Notes: generated by a model not told the origin, from the letters alone. Numbered from the stretch's first letter, positions 39,834-49,001 are shown. The stretch is 64,000 nt of DNA from an uncultured Gammaproteobacteria bacterium (GCA_964408995.1 CAYPBP010000003.1:14803-78802), one strand, 5' to 3'. Program-made: numbers and translations.

Positions 39834-41041
39834 CGAAATTTTTTTATAAGGCTAAAGATTGGAACGGTAAAATGATTAAGGGATTTTTGGATTCCGAAAA
39901 TGAAAAGAATGCTTTGGAATCGATTAGAGCTGGAGGATTGATTACTTTATCAATAAAAGCGGAAAATAATTCTATTTTTTTAGAAATTTATAAAAAACTT
40001 TTTTCAAGAATTAGATTAAAAGAAATCGCAAATTTTACCAGACAATTATCAACTATGATGACGGCTGGTTTGGCTTTGACTGATACTTTATCTTTATTAA
40101 AAAATCAAACAGAGAGAACAGGTTTGATGTTTGAAGTTTTAGATTATACTTTGTCTACTGTTCAAGGTGGCCATTCTTTGGCTGATGGTTTGGGAAAATA
40201 TAAAAAACATTTTGGAGAGGCTTATATTGCTTCTGTTGAAGCTGGTGAAGAAGGAGGGGTGTTGGAAGAAGTAATGTCAAAACTGGCTGATAGTTTGGAA
40301 AAACAAAATGATTTTAATAGTAAAGTTAAAGGAGCCATGATTTATCCAATAATAGTAGTAGTGGGAATGATAGCGGTGGTAATAATTATGATGGTTTTTG
40401 TGATTCCTAAATTAATAGGTTTATATGCTGACTTTGATGCTAAGATGCCTGCTTCAACTCAGATTTTGATGGGTATATCTGGTCTTATGGTTAAATTTTG
40501 GTTTTTAATTCCATTTTTAATTGTTGGTCTTTTTGCAGTTTTTAAGGTTGGTAATAAGAATGCTAATTTTAGGCTTAAAAAAGATAGTTTGAAGCTAAAA
40601 ATTCCAATTATTGGGATTTTAACTCAAAAAACTATTTTGGCATCAACAATCAGAACAATGTCAATGCTTTTATCAGCAGGTATTCCTTTGGTTGAAGCTT
40701 TGAAAATTATATCGAGTGTGGCTGGAAATGAGCTTTATCGAGGGTCTTATCTAAAAATAGCTGAGAGGGTGGAAAAAGGTTTTAGCATTGCTAATTCATT
40801 TGAAGAGACTGGTATTTTTCCAGTCTTAGTTAATCAGATGGTGGCGACTGGAGAATCAACTGGAAAATTGGATAGTGTTTTATTAAAATTGGCTGATTAT
40901 TTTTCAAATGAGGCAGAACAATCAGTAAAATCTTTAACTTCGGCAATAGAGCCAATAATTATGATTGTGTTGGGTTTGGGGGTGGCTTTTTTGGTGGTGG
41001 CAGTTTTGATGCCAATTTATAATTTGACTTCAAGTATGTAG
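39830..41041 (+). CDS. pilC: Type IV pilus platform protein (PilC/GspF)
   Basis: FTRQLSTM..AG, AMIYP, GESTGKLD, IEP. Confidence 0.93.
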   Translation: MTKFFYKAKDWNGKMIKGFLDSENEKNALESIRAGGLITLSIKAENNSIFLEIYKKLFSRIRLKEIANFTRQLSTMMTAGLALTDTLSLLKNQTERTGLMFEVLDYTLSTVQGGHSLADGLGKYKKHFGEAYIASVEAGEEGGVLEEVMSKLADSLEKQNDFNSKVKGAMIYPIIVVVGMIAVVIIMMVFVIPKLIGLYADFDAKMPASTQILMGISGLMVKFWFLIPFLIVGLFAVFKVGNKNANFRLKKDSLKLKIPIIGILTQKTILASTIRTMSMLLSAGIPLVEALKIISSVAGNELYRGSYLKIAERVEKGFSIANSFEETGIFPVLVNQMVATGESTGKLDSVLLKLADYFSNEAEQSVKSLTSAIEPIIMIVLGLGVAFLVVAVLMPIYNLTSSM

Positions 41042-41049
41042 TCTAGCTC

Positions 41050-41078
41050 TTGACAGGCCAATTTTATTGGTGAATAAT
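41050..41078 (+). promoter_or_regulatory. Possible sigma70 promoter for the first pilin
   Basis: TTGACA-17 bp-AATAAT. Confidence 0.4.
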
Positions 41079-41110
41079 GAATTAATACAATTTAATATTT
41101 ATTAAAAAAA

Positions 41111-41884
41111 ATGATGAAACTACTAAAAATCCTTCGACAAGCTCAGGATAAACAAAACGGCTTTACTCTGGTGGAGCTTTTAATTGTTATTGCTTTGATT
41201 GCAATTTTATCAGTTGCAGTTTTGGCAACTATCAATCCAATTGAGCAATCAAATAAAGCTCGAGATGCTAAATTCAAAAACGATGCGGCTGAAGTTTTAA
41301 ATGCTTATGAAAGATATTATGCTTCTCAGAATAATTATCCATGGAATGGAGCTACAGGTGAAAATAAAGCTCTAGAAGGTCAAGCAAATATAGCTTTTGT
41401 TTCAACAGATTTTAGATTTGGTGTTTTAACAGAAGATAATGATAATGGTTTATTAATTTCAACTTCTGAATTAAAAAGTTCATTTGCAGGAAAAGAACCT
41501 TTTGTTTTTGATGGTGATTCCGAAGTTGATCTTGAAAGTAATAATGCAATGTATGTTTTTAATGGTGATTCTACTTATGTTTGTTTTTGTCCAAAAGCTA
41601 AGGCGAATAGAGTTGATACTGTTGGTGCTAGTTTAAAATGTCTTAGGGATGTAAATATAAAAAATGGAGAATTATCTAATAATGCAAAGCTTTTTGATGT
41701 TGGTACTGATACTTGTGTACAAGCTGCATCACCAACAGATGTGAATAGTCCTAATTTTTGTAATCTAGATGACACTGATCATGTATATGCTAATATGATG
41801 TGTGTACCAGAAGGTAGGACAGGGGAGGCAGCAGCACCAACACCAGCAACACCAGCAACACCAGAAACACCAGCAACACCATAA
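41111..41884 (+). CDS. Type IV pilin (candidate major pilin)
   Basis: G|FTLVELLIVI; has its own candidate promoter and terminator; Pro/Thr/Ala tail. Confidence 0.88.
   Translation: MMKLLKILRQAQDKQNGFTLVELLIVIALIAILSVAVLATINPIEQSNKARDAKFKNDAAEVLNAYERYYASQNNYPWNGATGENKALEGQANIAFVSTDFRFGVLTEDNDNGLLISTSELKSSFAGKEPFVFDGDSEVDLESNNAMYVFNGDSTYVCFCPKAKANRVDTVGASLKCLRDVNIKNGELSNNAKLFDVGTDTCVQAASPTDVNSPNFCNLDDTDHVYANMMCVPEGRTGEAAAPTPATPATPETPATP
41129..41149 (+). repeat. 21-bp element in a pilin leader (encodes ILRQAQD)
   Basis: ATCCTTCGACAAGCTCAGGA(T/C), also at 41989, 44683 and 45176. Confidence 0.9.
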
Positions 41885-41919
41885 TAGTATTTCGTCTTTA
41901 ATTTTTAGAGAGATTTTTG

Positions 41920-41958
41920 AAACCCCTCTTCGAATCAAATCGGAGAGGGGTTTTTTTT
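41920..41958 (+). terminator. Intrinsic terminator
   Basis: AAACCCCTCTTCGA...TCGGAGAGGGGTTTTTTTT. Confidence 0.8.
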
Positions 41959-41964
41959 GAAACC

Positions 41965-42087
41965 CAATCTCCCTCTACCCCCTCTTTCATCCTTCGACAA
42001 GCTCAGGACAAGCGCGAGGGGGGGGAAATCAAAACCTCTCTGTTCCCCGCATCCGCGGGGAACATCTCCCCTTAAAAAAGGGAGGGG
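41965..42087 (+). repeat. Composite repeat cluster: nested element plus a two-hairpin element
   Basis: CAATCTCCC...CCCTCTTTC[ATCCTTCGACAAGCTCAGGAC]...CGAGGGG, then AAAACCTCTCTGTTCCCCGC..GCGGGGAACATCTCCCCTTAAAAAAGGGAG. Confidence 0.85.
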
Positions 42088-42183
42088 TTAAAATATGTTT
42101 CTAACTAAAACCAATTTGTTGTAGTTTTAATATCTATTTGATAGAATATCTTTGATCTTGATGATCTTAAATAAGCTAAATCC

Positions 42184-42218
42184 CTCCAGTTCTGTAATAG
42201 GACCTGGAGGTTTTTTTT
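42184..42218 (+). terminator. Hairpin plus U-tract upstream of the NYN gene
   Basis: CCTCCAGTTCT...GGACCTGGAGG-TTTTTTTT. Confidence 0.6.
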
Positions 42219-42262
42219 GGCCATAGGCCAATCAGTCTTTGACTGATATTATTTAATTAACT

Positions 42263-42805
42263 ATGAAAAGAATTTTAACAATAATTGATGGGAGTAATTT
42301 TTATCATGGGAGTAAACGTCTTTGTCCAGAAGTTCATTTAACGAACTTTAAATATCGAGAATTGATTGAGGGAATGATTGGCCAAAAAAATATAACAATA
42401 TTATATTGCGTTGGAGAAATTAAAAGAGAAAATAATGATAAAAAATCTGAGTGGATGTATGCTCAGCAACAGTCTTTGTTTTACAATTTGGAGAAACAGA
42501 ATATCAGAATCTTTAAAGGTTTTATGTTAAAGAGTGATGGTAAATTTCACGAGAAAGGTGTTGATGTTCGAATTGCTGTGGAAGTTTTGAAGGGAGCATT
42601 AAAAGATGAATATGACAAATGTCTTTTATTTACTTCAGATACTGATATTATTCCAGCAATTATAGAAGCTATAAAAGTTAAAAAAGAAATAATTTATGCT
42701 GGATTTGAGAATAAACTGAGTAGAGCTATGATTAGAAATTGTTCGGATACATTGATAATAAAATCAAAATTAATTAGAAAAGTGAATAGATTTGATAAAA
42801 AATAA
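42263..42805 (+). CDS. NYN (LabA/DUF88, PIN-fold) domain protein
   Basis: IIDGSNFY, EKGVDVRIAV, TSDTDIIP. Confidence 0.9.
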   Translation: MKRILTIIDGSNFYHGSKRLCPEVHLTNFKYRELIEGMIGQKNITILYCVGEIKRENNDKKSEWMYAQQQSLFYNLEKQNIRIFKGFMLKSDGKFHEKGVDVRIAVEVLKGALKDEYDKCLLFTSDTDIIPAIIEAIKVKKEIIYAGFENKLSRAMIRNCSDTLIIKSKLIRKVNRFDKK

Positions 42806-42808
42806 ATT

Positions 42809-43621
42809 ATGGATTTTTTTGTTTTATTTATTATTTTTGTTTTAGGGTTGTGTTTTGGAAGTTTTGTAAATATGCTTGTCTATCGAACTGCTGTGCGGTA
42901 CGAAATTTTTAATTCGAAATTTGAAATTTTAAAAAATAAAGAAAAAAGATCGTTTTGTGATTATTGTGGTAAGCAATTAAATTGGTATGAAAATATTCCA
43001 GTCTTTTCTTGGTTGATACAAAAAGGTAAAACTAGTTGCTGTCATAAAAAATTGCCAGTCTCCTACCCTGTTGTGGAATTATTAACTGGTTTTTTATTTT
43101 TAGTTTATGGAATAATAATGGCGCCCCGCGGAGGCGGGGCGCCATTACAAATGGGATTAGGTTTAATCATTATTATTTTGTTGGTATTTAGTGCAGTGTT
43201 CGATTGGAAATATATGATTTTGCCTGATTTTTCAACAGGAATATTAGTCTCTAGTGCGCTGGTACTTTGGTTCTCTAGATATTTTGGTGAATGGAATTAT
43301 TTATTGTCGGCATTAGTGGCCAGTGGATTTTTGTTAATTTTAAATTTGATTACCAAAGGTGAAGGAATGGGTATGGGAGATGTAAAGTTGGCTGTTTTTA
43401 TGGGGTTATTTTTGGGATATCCTAATATAATAGTGGCTTTTTATGTGGCTTTTATACTTGGAGCAATTGTGGGAATTATTTTAATGATTTTCAAAAAAGC
43501 CAAGAAAAAAAGCCAGATTCCATTTGGTCCTTTTTTGATTTTAGGAACATTGGTGGCATGGATTTTTGGAAATAATATTATTAATTTAGTATTTAAAACC
43601 TACCCCTTTCCCCTCCCTTAA
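42809..43621 (+). CDS. pilD: Prepilin peptidase
   Basis: GSFVNM...RSFC..C...WYENIPVFSW, D......PD, GMGDVKL, IPFGPFL. Confidence 0.93.
   Translation: MDFFVLFIIFVLGLCFGSFVNMLVYRTAVRYEIFNSKFEILKNKEKRSFCDYCGKQLNWYENIPVFSWLIQKGKTSCCHKKLPVSYPVVELLTGFLFLVYGIIMAPRGGGAPLQMGLGLIIIILLVFSAVFDWKYMILPDFSTGILVSSALVLWFSRYFGEWNYLLSALVASGFLLILNLITKGEGMGMGDVKLAVFMGLFLGYPNIIVAFYVAFILGAIVGIILMIFKKAKKKSQIPFGPFLILGTLVAWIFGNNIINLVFKTYPFPLP
43116..43147. repeat. Palindrome in-frame in pilD
   Basis: TAATGGCGCCCCGC-GGAG-GCGGGGCGCCATTA, encodes MAPRGGGAPL. Confidence 0.85.
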
Positions 43622-43653
43622 AAAAGGAGGGGTAAAATAAGATAGAATTAATT

Positions 43654-44103
43654 ATGAAAAAGTCTGGTTTTACATTAGTTGAGATTTTGATAGTCATTAC
43701 TATAATTGCTATTTTTGGAGTGATGGCAATTGGGATTTTTAATGCTAGTGGAATACAAAATAAGGCTAGAGACGCTCAAAGGAAGAAAGATTTAAATAGA
43801 ATTAAAGTGGCTTTTGAAGAATACTTTAATGACAATGGAAGTTATCCTGATGGAATTACTGGTTGGAATATAAGGTCGAATTGCGGAAAAAGTATTTCGA
43901 GTTTTTCATATTTAAATCCTTGGCCTTGTGACCCAACTGGTCAACCTTATAAAATAATTGTTGAAATTAAACCTAACAGATTTATGGTTGGAGCTATGTT
44001 GGAATATAAAAAGGATAAAGATATTATTAATGGTACTGGACTTGGTGTTAATTATGGAGTGTCAAGCTCAAATATTTTATGGAATAAATTTAATGTTTAT
44101 TAA
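43654..44103 (+). CDS. Type IV pilin/pseudopilin
   Basis: MKKSG|FTLVEIL, KARDAQRKKDL; leader has no insertion. Confidence 0.9.
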   Translation: MKKSGFTLVEILIVITIIAIFGVMAIGIFNASGIQNKARDAQRKKDLNRIKVAFEEYFNDNGSYPDGITGWNIRSNCGKSISSFSYLNPWPCDPTGQPYKIIVEIKPNRFMVGAMLEYKKDKDIINGTGLGVNYGVSSSNILWNKFNVY

Positions 44104-44113
44104 TATAAATAAT

Positions 44114-44623
44114 ATGAAAAAAATAAAAAAGATTCAAAATTCAAATCAAAACCCACCCACCCTGCGGGTACCCTCCCTTGAAAAGGGAGGGATAAATTTT
44201 ATTGAAATTTTAATAATAATAGTATCGGTGTTTGTTTTATCTTTTATAACTTACAAACAATTTGCTTTAGCAAAGGCAAAATCTAGAGATTTACAAAGAA
44301 GATCGGATTTACACGAATTTTCTAAAGTAATTAAAATGTACCAAGTCGATTATGGAAAGTTGCCTAGTGATGAATTGATCAATAGTCTTTGGGGAACAAA
44401 GTTTGTTGATATAGATTATGTTTATGCAGCTTCAGTACCAAAAGAAAAATATGGAAATAAAGAATATTGTTATCAAGCTTCAGCTGATGGATCTTATTTT
44501 AAGATGATGGCTGAGTTTGAAAATAAAAAAGATGAAGATTGTAAAAAAGAGGGACAGTTGTGCGGTGGGATTAAATATTGTTATACTGATATTGTCTATA
44601 TTAATCCTGAACAAGAGAATTAG
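44114..44623 (+). CDS. Type IV pilin/pseudopilin
   Basis: G|INFIEIL, KSRDLQRRSDL; likely start 44114; element in leader at 44149-44191. Confidence 0.82.
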   Translation: MKKIKKIQNSNQNPPTLRVPSLEKGGINFIEILIIIVSVFVLSFITYKQFALAKAKSRDLQRRSDLHEFSKVIKMYQVDYGKLPSDELINSLWGTKFVDIDYVYAASVPKEKYGNKEYCYQASADGSYFKMMAEFENKKDEDCKKEGQLCGGIKYCYTDIVYINPEQEN

Positions 44624-44661
44624 TTAGATAAATAGATAAGTAGTTTATTAGATAATTAGAA

Positions 44662-45108
44662 ATGATTAATAAAATTAAAAAAATCCTTCGACAAGCTCAG
44701 GACAGGGGTTTTACCTTGGTGGAGTTATTAGTGGTGATTTCTATTATTGCTGTTTTGGCGGCAGTATTAATGGCTAATTTTATGGGAGCTAGAGAGAGAG
44801 CTAGAGATGCTAAAAAAATTCAAGATTTATATGCTTTAAAAAGTGCTTTGAGAATGTATTATAACGACAATCAAAGATATCCTGGAGTATCTGATGATAC
44901 AAATTTTAATTTAACTGCTGATATTGGTTCTAGTTATATGACATCTATTGTTGGTATTGGTTATACGTATCAAAGAAAAAATAATGGAGATGGATTTCTT
45001 TTAAGAGTTGGTCTTGAATCTGGAGCTGGAAATGAAGATATTGAATCACAAGAAAAATGTGGTGTTACTTCTCCTGTTAATAAGATTTTTGCAGTATGCG
45101 CAAACTAA
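44662..45108 (+). CDS. Type IV pilin/pseudopilin
   Basis: G|FTLVELLVVI, RARDAKKIQDL. Confidence 0.9.
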   Translation: MINKIKKILRQAQDRGFTLVELLVVISIIAVLAAVLMANFMGARERARDAKKIQDLYALKSALRMYYNDNQRYPGVSDDTNFNLTADIGSSYMTSIVGIGYTYQRKNNGDGFLLRVGLESGAGNEDIESQEKCGVTSPVNKIFAVCAN

Positions 45109-45154
45109 ATTAGATCGTCGATGATAGATCGTAGATCGTAGATAAAAAATAAAA

Positions 45155-45646
45155 ATGATTAAAAAAATTAAAAAAATCCTTCGACAAGCTCAGGACAGGG
45201 CTGGTTTTACGTTGGTGGAGTTACTAGTAGTGATTGCTATAATTTCGATTTTGACGGTTGTTTCATTGTCTTCTTATACTAGTGCTCAAATAAAAGCTAG
45301 AGATTCTCAAAGAAAATCGGATTTAGAAGCGGTGTCTAAGGCATTGATGATGTATTACAACGATGAGGGTAAATTTCCTGATTCTTTTACTTTTGGGGAT
45401 GAAAGTGTGGGTTTTACTGGTGCTGATGGTATTGTTTATATGAGGAAAACACCTATAGACCCAAAAGATAGTCCTCCTTATGTTTATATTTACAAACGTT
45501 CTCTTGATGAGAAATCGTTTAATCTTTTTGCTGATTTGGAAAATAAAAAAGATTTGCAATGTAAAACAACTCCTCTATGGAATGTAAATGGAAAAACTTA
45601 TTGTTACGGAATCTCAAGCCCAAACGCAACTGTCAAAAACTGGTGA
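45155..45646 (+). CDS. Type IV pilin/pseudopilin
   Basis: G|FTLVELLVVI, KARDSQRKSDL. Confidence 0.9.
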   Translation: MIKKIKKILRQAQDRAGFTLVELLVVIAIISILTVVSLSSYTSAQIKARDSQRKSDLEAVSKALMMYYNDEGKFPDSFTFGDESVGFTGADGIVYMRKTPIDPKDSPPYVYIYKRSLDEKSFNLFADLENKKDLQCKTTPLWNVNGKTYCYGISSPNATVKNW

Positions 45647-45704
45647 TAAAATTTTAGTTTTTACAGATTAGATTTTTTATTTTTAAAATAATGTAGAATT
45701 AATT

Positions 45705-46142
45705 ATGAAAAAAAATAAAAATGTTTCGGGTTTTACTCTTTTTGAGCTTTTGGTGAGTATTTCTATTATTGGAATATTGACAGCCTTGGCGTCGGTGGCT
45801 TTTTCGGGAGCACAAAAAAAAGCTAGAGATGCTAGAAGAATGCAGGATGTAAGAGCAATTCAAACAGCGGCGGAACAGTTTTATTCACAAAGCCCTACAT
45901 ATTCTTATCCAACTGTTGGTTATACAGTTGGAACTGTTTGGGTTTCTGGAACTGGCACTACTGTTTTAGCAAGTTATCCAATTGATCCTAAAGGTGTTGA
46001 ATATAGTTGTAGTTCATGTACTTTAAGTAGTTATTGTGTTTGTACTGATACTGAAGATGATAGTAAAAATGCTAATTCTGGTAATAATTGTGATTTTTCA
46101 GCAGTAACAAAAACTCATTTTTGTGTTAAAAATCAACAATAA
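45705..46142 (+). CDS. Type IV pilin/pseudopilin
   Basis: G|FTLFELLVSI, KARDARRMQDV; leader has no insertion. Confidence 0.9.
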   Translation: MKKNKNVSGFTLFELLVSISIIGILTALASVAFSGAQKKARDARRMQDVRAIQTAAEQFYSQSPTYSYPTVGYTVGTVWVSGTGTTVLASYPIDPKGVEYSCSSCTLSSYCVCTDTEDDSKNANSGNNCDFSAVTKTHFCVKNQQ

Positions 46143-46145
46143 TTT

Positions 46146-46187
46146 AAAACCTCTCTAAATCTCCCCTTAAAAAAGGGAGACTTTAAA
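46146..46187 (+). repeat. Intergenic hairpin element, near-identical to the insert in the 47186 leader
   Basis: AAAACCTCTCTAAATCTCCCCTTAAAAAAGGGAGACTTTAAA vs AAAACCCCTCTAAATCTCCCCTTGACAAGGGAGACTTTAAA. Confidence 0.85.
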
Positions 46188-46192
46188 AAAAT

Positions 46193-46687
46193 ATGAATAA
46201 TATAAATAAAATAAAACCACCCACAGCTAAAGCCCGCCTGCATCGACTGGATCGAAGACATTGCGGGCAGGCAGTTATGGCGGTCAGAGGATTTACATTA
46301 ATTGAGTTGATTGTGGCGGTGACAATTATTAGTATTTTAACTGTGGTGGGATTGGTTAGTTTTACTGGAACAAACAAAAAAGCTAGAGATAGTCGAAGAA
46401 TGGCTGATTTGGAGAATATTAGAATGGCATTGGAACTTTATCGACAAGGGACTGGAAATACATATCCAACTGCTAGTGCTTTGCCTAGTAGTTTGGTATC
46501 AACTTATATTGAAAAAATACCTGTAGGACCTAAAAATGAAAGTTATTCATATACTAAGATAACTGGTTATACCTATCGTATTTGTGCTCGCGTTGAGGAT
46601 GTGGGTTCTACTAGTGCTGATGTTAGTGGTTGTACAGTGGCATTACCTACTGGTTATGTTGGTTATTATAAGGTGACAAATCCATGA
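46193..46687 (+). CDS. Type IV pilin/pseudopilin
   Basis: G|FTLIELIV, KARDSRRMADL; nested elements in leader at 46216-46284. Confidence 0.9.
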   Translation: MNNINKIKPPTAKARLHRLDRRHCGQAVMAVRGFTLIELIVAVTIISILTVVGLVSFTGTNKKARDSRRMADLENIRMALELYRQGTGNTYPTASALPSSLVSTYIEKIPVGPKNESYSYTKITGYTYRICARVEDVGSTSADVSGCTVALPTGYVGYYKVTNP

Positions 46688-47193
46688 AAAATCAAAACCC
46701 TTTGGTACTTCGTACCACCTTTCCCTTGACAGGGCACTTTAATTCTAATTTTGGTTTTACTTTAATTGAATTGTTGGTGGCGATAACTATTGGATCGATT
46801 TTGATTGGTTTGGCTTCAGTATCTCTAAATGGATTTAATGAACAACAAAAAGTGAAAGCAGTCAAACAAGAAGTACTGTCTAATTTAAGATTGGCTAGAA
46901 ACTATGCCATTACTGGTCAGCTTCCAAACACGGCCAATAAGGTGGTAGTAACAATAAATAGTGAAGGTTTAATGGTGATAGGTTTTCAAAATGCTTCTAA
47001 TAATTCTGTTGGAACTCCTAAGTTTTCTAAAGATATTACTCCTAAGGGAGTTGGTGTTACTTTTAGTAATCAAGTTAAGTTTAGTGTGACTGATGGTCGA
47101 TCGATTCTTGGTAATATTTTAATTACTATTGCTGGAGGTGACTCGACAGAAGAAACAATTAATATTGAAGGATCAGGATTAATTTATGAATAA
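46684..47193 (+). CDS. Minor pilin (FimU/GspH-like)
   Basis: G|FTLIELLV...LRLARNYA; 47-bp element in leader at 46694-46740. Confidence 0.8.
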   Translation: MKNQNPLVLRTTFPLTGHFNSNFGFTLIELLVAITIGSILIGLASVSLNGFNEQQKVKAVKQEVLSNLRLARNYAITGQLPNTANKVVVTINSEGLMVIGFQNASNNSVGTPKFSKDITPKGVGVTFSNQVKFSVTDGRSILGNILITIAGGDSTEETINIEGSGLIYE

Positions 47194-47614
47194 TAGAAAA
47201 ACCCCTCTAAATCTCCCCTTGACAAGGGAGACTTTAAATCAAAATAGGAAATTAAATGGTCAAAGTTTGATTGATGTAATTTTTTCAATAGGAATATTGG
47301 TTTTGGTTTTGACTGGAGTTTTGGTTTTGATTGTTAGTACTGCTAAACTTAAAACAATAGATTCAAAAAGAAGTAAAGCAGTTGAAATGTCTCAAAGATT
47401 GATTGAACAAGAAATTAAAAAAGCAAAAGATAACCCTTCTCTTTTTTGGACATTTCCAAAACTTCCTTACTCTGCTTCAACTGGTGGTTATAATTATGTT
47501 ATTAATTATGATTGTAATAGTGATAAAAGTAAGTGTAATGGTGTTTTTACTATATCTTGGGGTGATGGTGAATCGTTATCAGTTGAAAGACTTTTTTTGA
47601 AAACTGGAATATAA
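47186..47614 (+). CDS. Minor pilin (PilV/GspI-like)
   Basis: G|QSLIDVI; element in leader at 47198-47238. Confidence 0.75.
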   Translation: MNNRKTPLNLPLTRETLNQNRKLNGQSLIDVIFSIGILVLVLTGVLVLIVSTAKLKTIDSKRSKAVEMSQRLIEQEIKKAKDNPSLFWTFPKLPYSASTGGYNYVINYDCNSDKSKCNGVFTISWGDGESLSVERLFLKTGI

Positions 47615-47665
47615 ATTAGATTATTAGATAAATAGATAAATAGATAAATAGATAAATAGATAAAT

Positions 47666-48238
47666 ATGAAAAAAAATAAAAAAAATTCAATCTCCCTAAA
47701 TCCCTCTTTCACAAGAGGGACTTGTAAACAGAAAGGTTTTACTTTGATTGAGATTTTGGTGGTGGTGGCGGTGGTAGGATTTATTGTGCTATCGATAAGT
47801 AGATTAATGTCTGGGGTTTTTAGTTCTCAAAATAAAAATAAAGCAATAGATAAAATTGATCAAAGTGGAAGTTGGGTTTTAAATGAACTAAAAAAGAATA
47901 TTTTAAATGCCAATAGTGATGGAGGAAATTTTATTTGTCCATCAAGTGGGATTGGAACGTCAATTTCAATAATTAGTAATAAAGATTTACAAGAAACTAT
48001 ACTTTCTTGTAGTGGTAATAAAATTTCTTCTTATTCGGCTACAAGAAAGGAGACCATAGTTCTTTTTGAAAAAAATAATGATTTAGAGTTGGTCAATTGT
48101 AGTGGTTTTATAAGATGCGAAGTCCCCTATTCTAAATTATCGAGTGTTAGATTTACTTTTACCCTAAAGGCGGGAGTTAGTACTTTATCAAGTGGAACAA
48201 CCAGACCTTTTTTAATGGATGTAGTATTGAGGGATTGA
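47666..48238 (+). CDS. Minor pilin (PilW/GspJ-like)
   Basis: G|FTLIEILVV; element in leader at 47686-47723. Confidence 0.8.
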   Translation: MKKNKKNSISLNPSFTRGTCKQKGFTLIEILVVVAVVGFIVLSISRLMSGVFSSQNKNKAIDKIDQSGSWVLNELKKNILNANSDGGNFICPSSGIGTSISIISNKDLQETILSCSGNKISSYSATRKETIVLFEKNNDLELVNCSGFIRCEVPYSKLSSVRFTFTLKAGVSTLSSGTTRPFLMDVVLRD

Positions 48239-48244
48239 GAAATC

Positions 48245-48505
48245 CAATCTTCCCCTTTTTGATTCAATCTCCTCTTGTCCCGACAAGTCGGGACTTTCCC
48301 CTCTTTAACACGAGGGGAGATATAATTTAACTTTTCAATCTTCCCCTTTTTGATTCAATCTCCTCTTGTTGGCAAAGCCAATTTTCCCCTCTTTAACACG
48401 AGGGGAGATATAAATTATATTTTCAATCTTCCCCCTTTTTGATTCAATCTCCTCTTGTTGGCAAAGCCAACTTTCCCCTCTTTAACACGAGGGGAGATAT
48501 AATTT
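48245..48505 (+). repeat. Three tandem ~88-91 bp two-hairpin units
   Basis: Units start at 48245, 48336 and 48424: CAATCTTCCCCTTTTTGATTCAATCTCCTCTT-[hairpin]-TTTCCCCTCTTTAACACGAGGGGAGATATAA. Confidence 0.95.
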
Positions 48506-48509
48506 TTTA

Positions 48510-48905
48510 ATGAAAAAAATAATTGATTTTGAAGTGATAAACTCTAAAAGAAATTGTGTTCGATATCAAAATAGTTTGACTTTTATGTCTCAGAGAAATA
48601 GAAAAAATATGACTGAGGCAGAAAAAATAATTTGGGGTAAACTTTTATTAAGAGATAAAACTGGTTACCGATTTTTAAGACAAAAACCAATAGATAGATT
48701 TATTTTTGACTTTTATTGTCCAAAATTATTATTAGTAATTGAAATTGATGGCGGTTCACATATTAAAAAGAAAGGGACTGATGAATTGAGAGATAAGTTT
48801 TTGAAACAAATTGGAATTACTACAATCAGATTTACTAATGATGAAGTGATAAATAATATTGAAATTGTAAAAAAGAAAATTAATGAATTAACTCCCCTCT
48901 TGTGA
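48510..48905 (+). CDS. DUF559 (Vsr-like, PD-(D/E)xK fold) endonuclease domain protein
   Basis: RKNMTEAEKIIW, FLRQKPI..FIFDFYC, IEIDGGSH, DELRD..L...G....RFTNDEV. Confidence 0.9.
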   Translation: MKKIIDFEVINSKRNCVRYQNSLTFMSQRNRKNMTEAEKIIWGKLLLRDKTGYRFLRQKPIDRFIFDFYCPKLLLVIEIDGGSHIKKKGTDELRDKFLKQIGITTIRFTNDEVINNIEIVKKKINELTPLL

Positions 48906-48930
48906 AAGAGGGGTTAGGGGGAGATTGGAA
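48891..48930 (-). repeat. Inverted copy of the element overlapping the DUF559 stop codon
   Basis: Reverse complement TTCCAATCTCCCCCTAACCCTCTTTCACAAGAGGGGAGT. Confidence 0.85.
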
Positions 48931-49001
48931 TGATGGTTGTTGTTTTTTTTGATTTAAGATATATAATCCTCTTTAGATTATAGGTTATTTAAAAAATTAA
49001 A

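Noticed and set aside
43958-44113. N-terminal extension of the 43958..44623 ORF
   Set aside because: It overlaps the previous pilin; ATG 44114 gives a normal basic prepilin leader
48245-48505. CRISPR array
   Set aside because: Units are ~88-91 bp and nearly identical throughout, with no unique 25-45 bp spacers and no cas genes in the window
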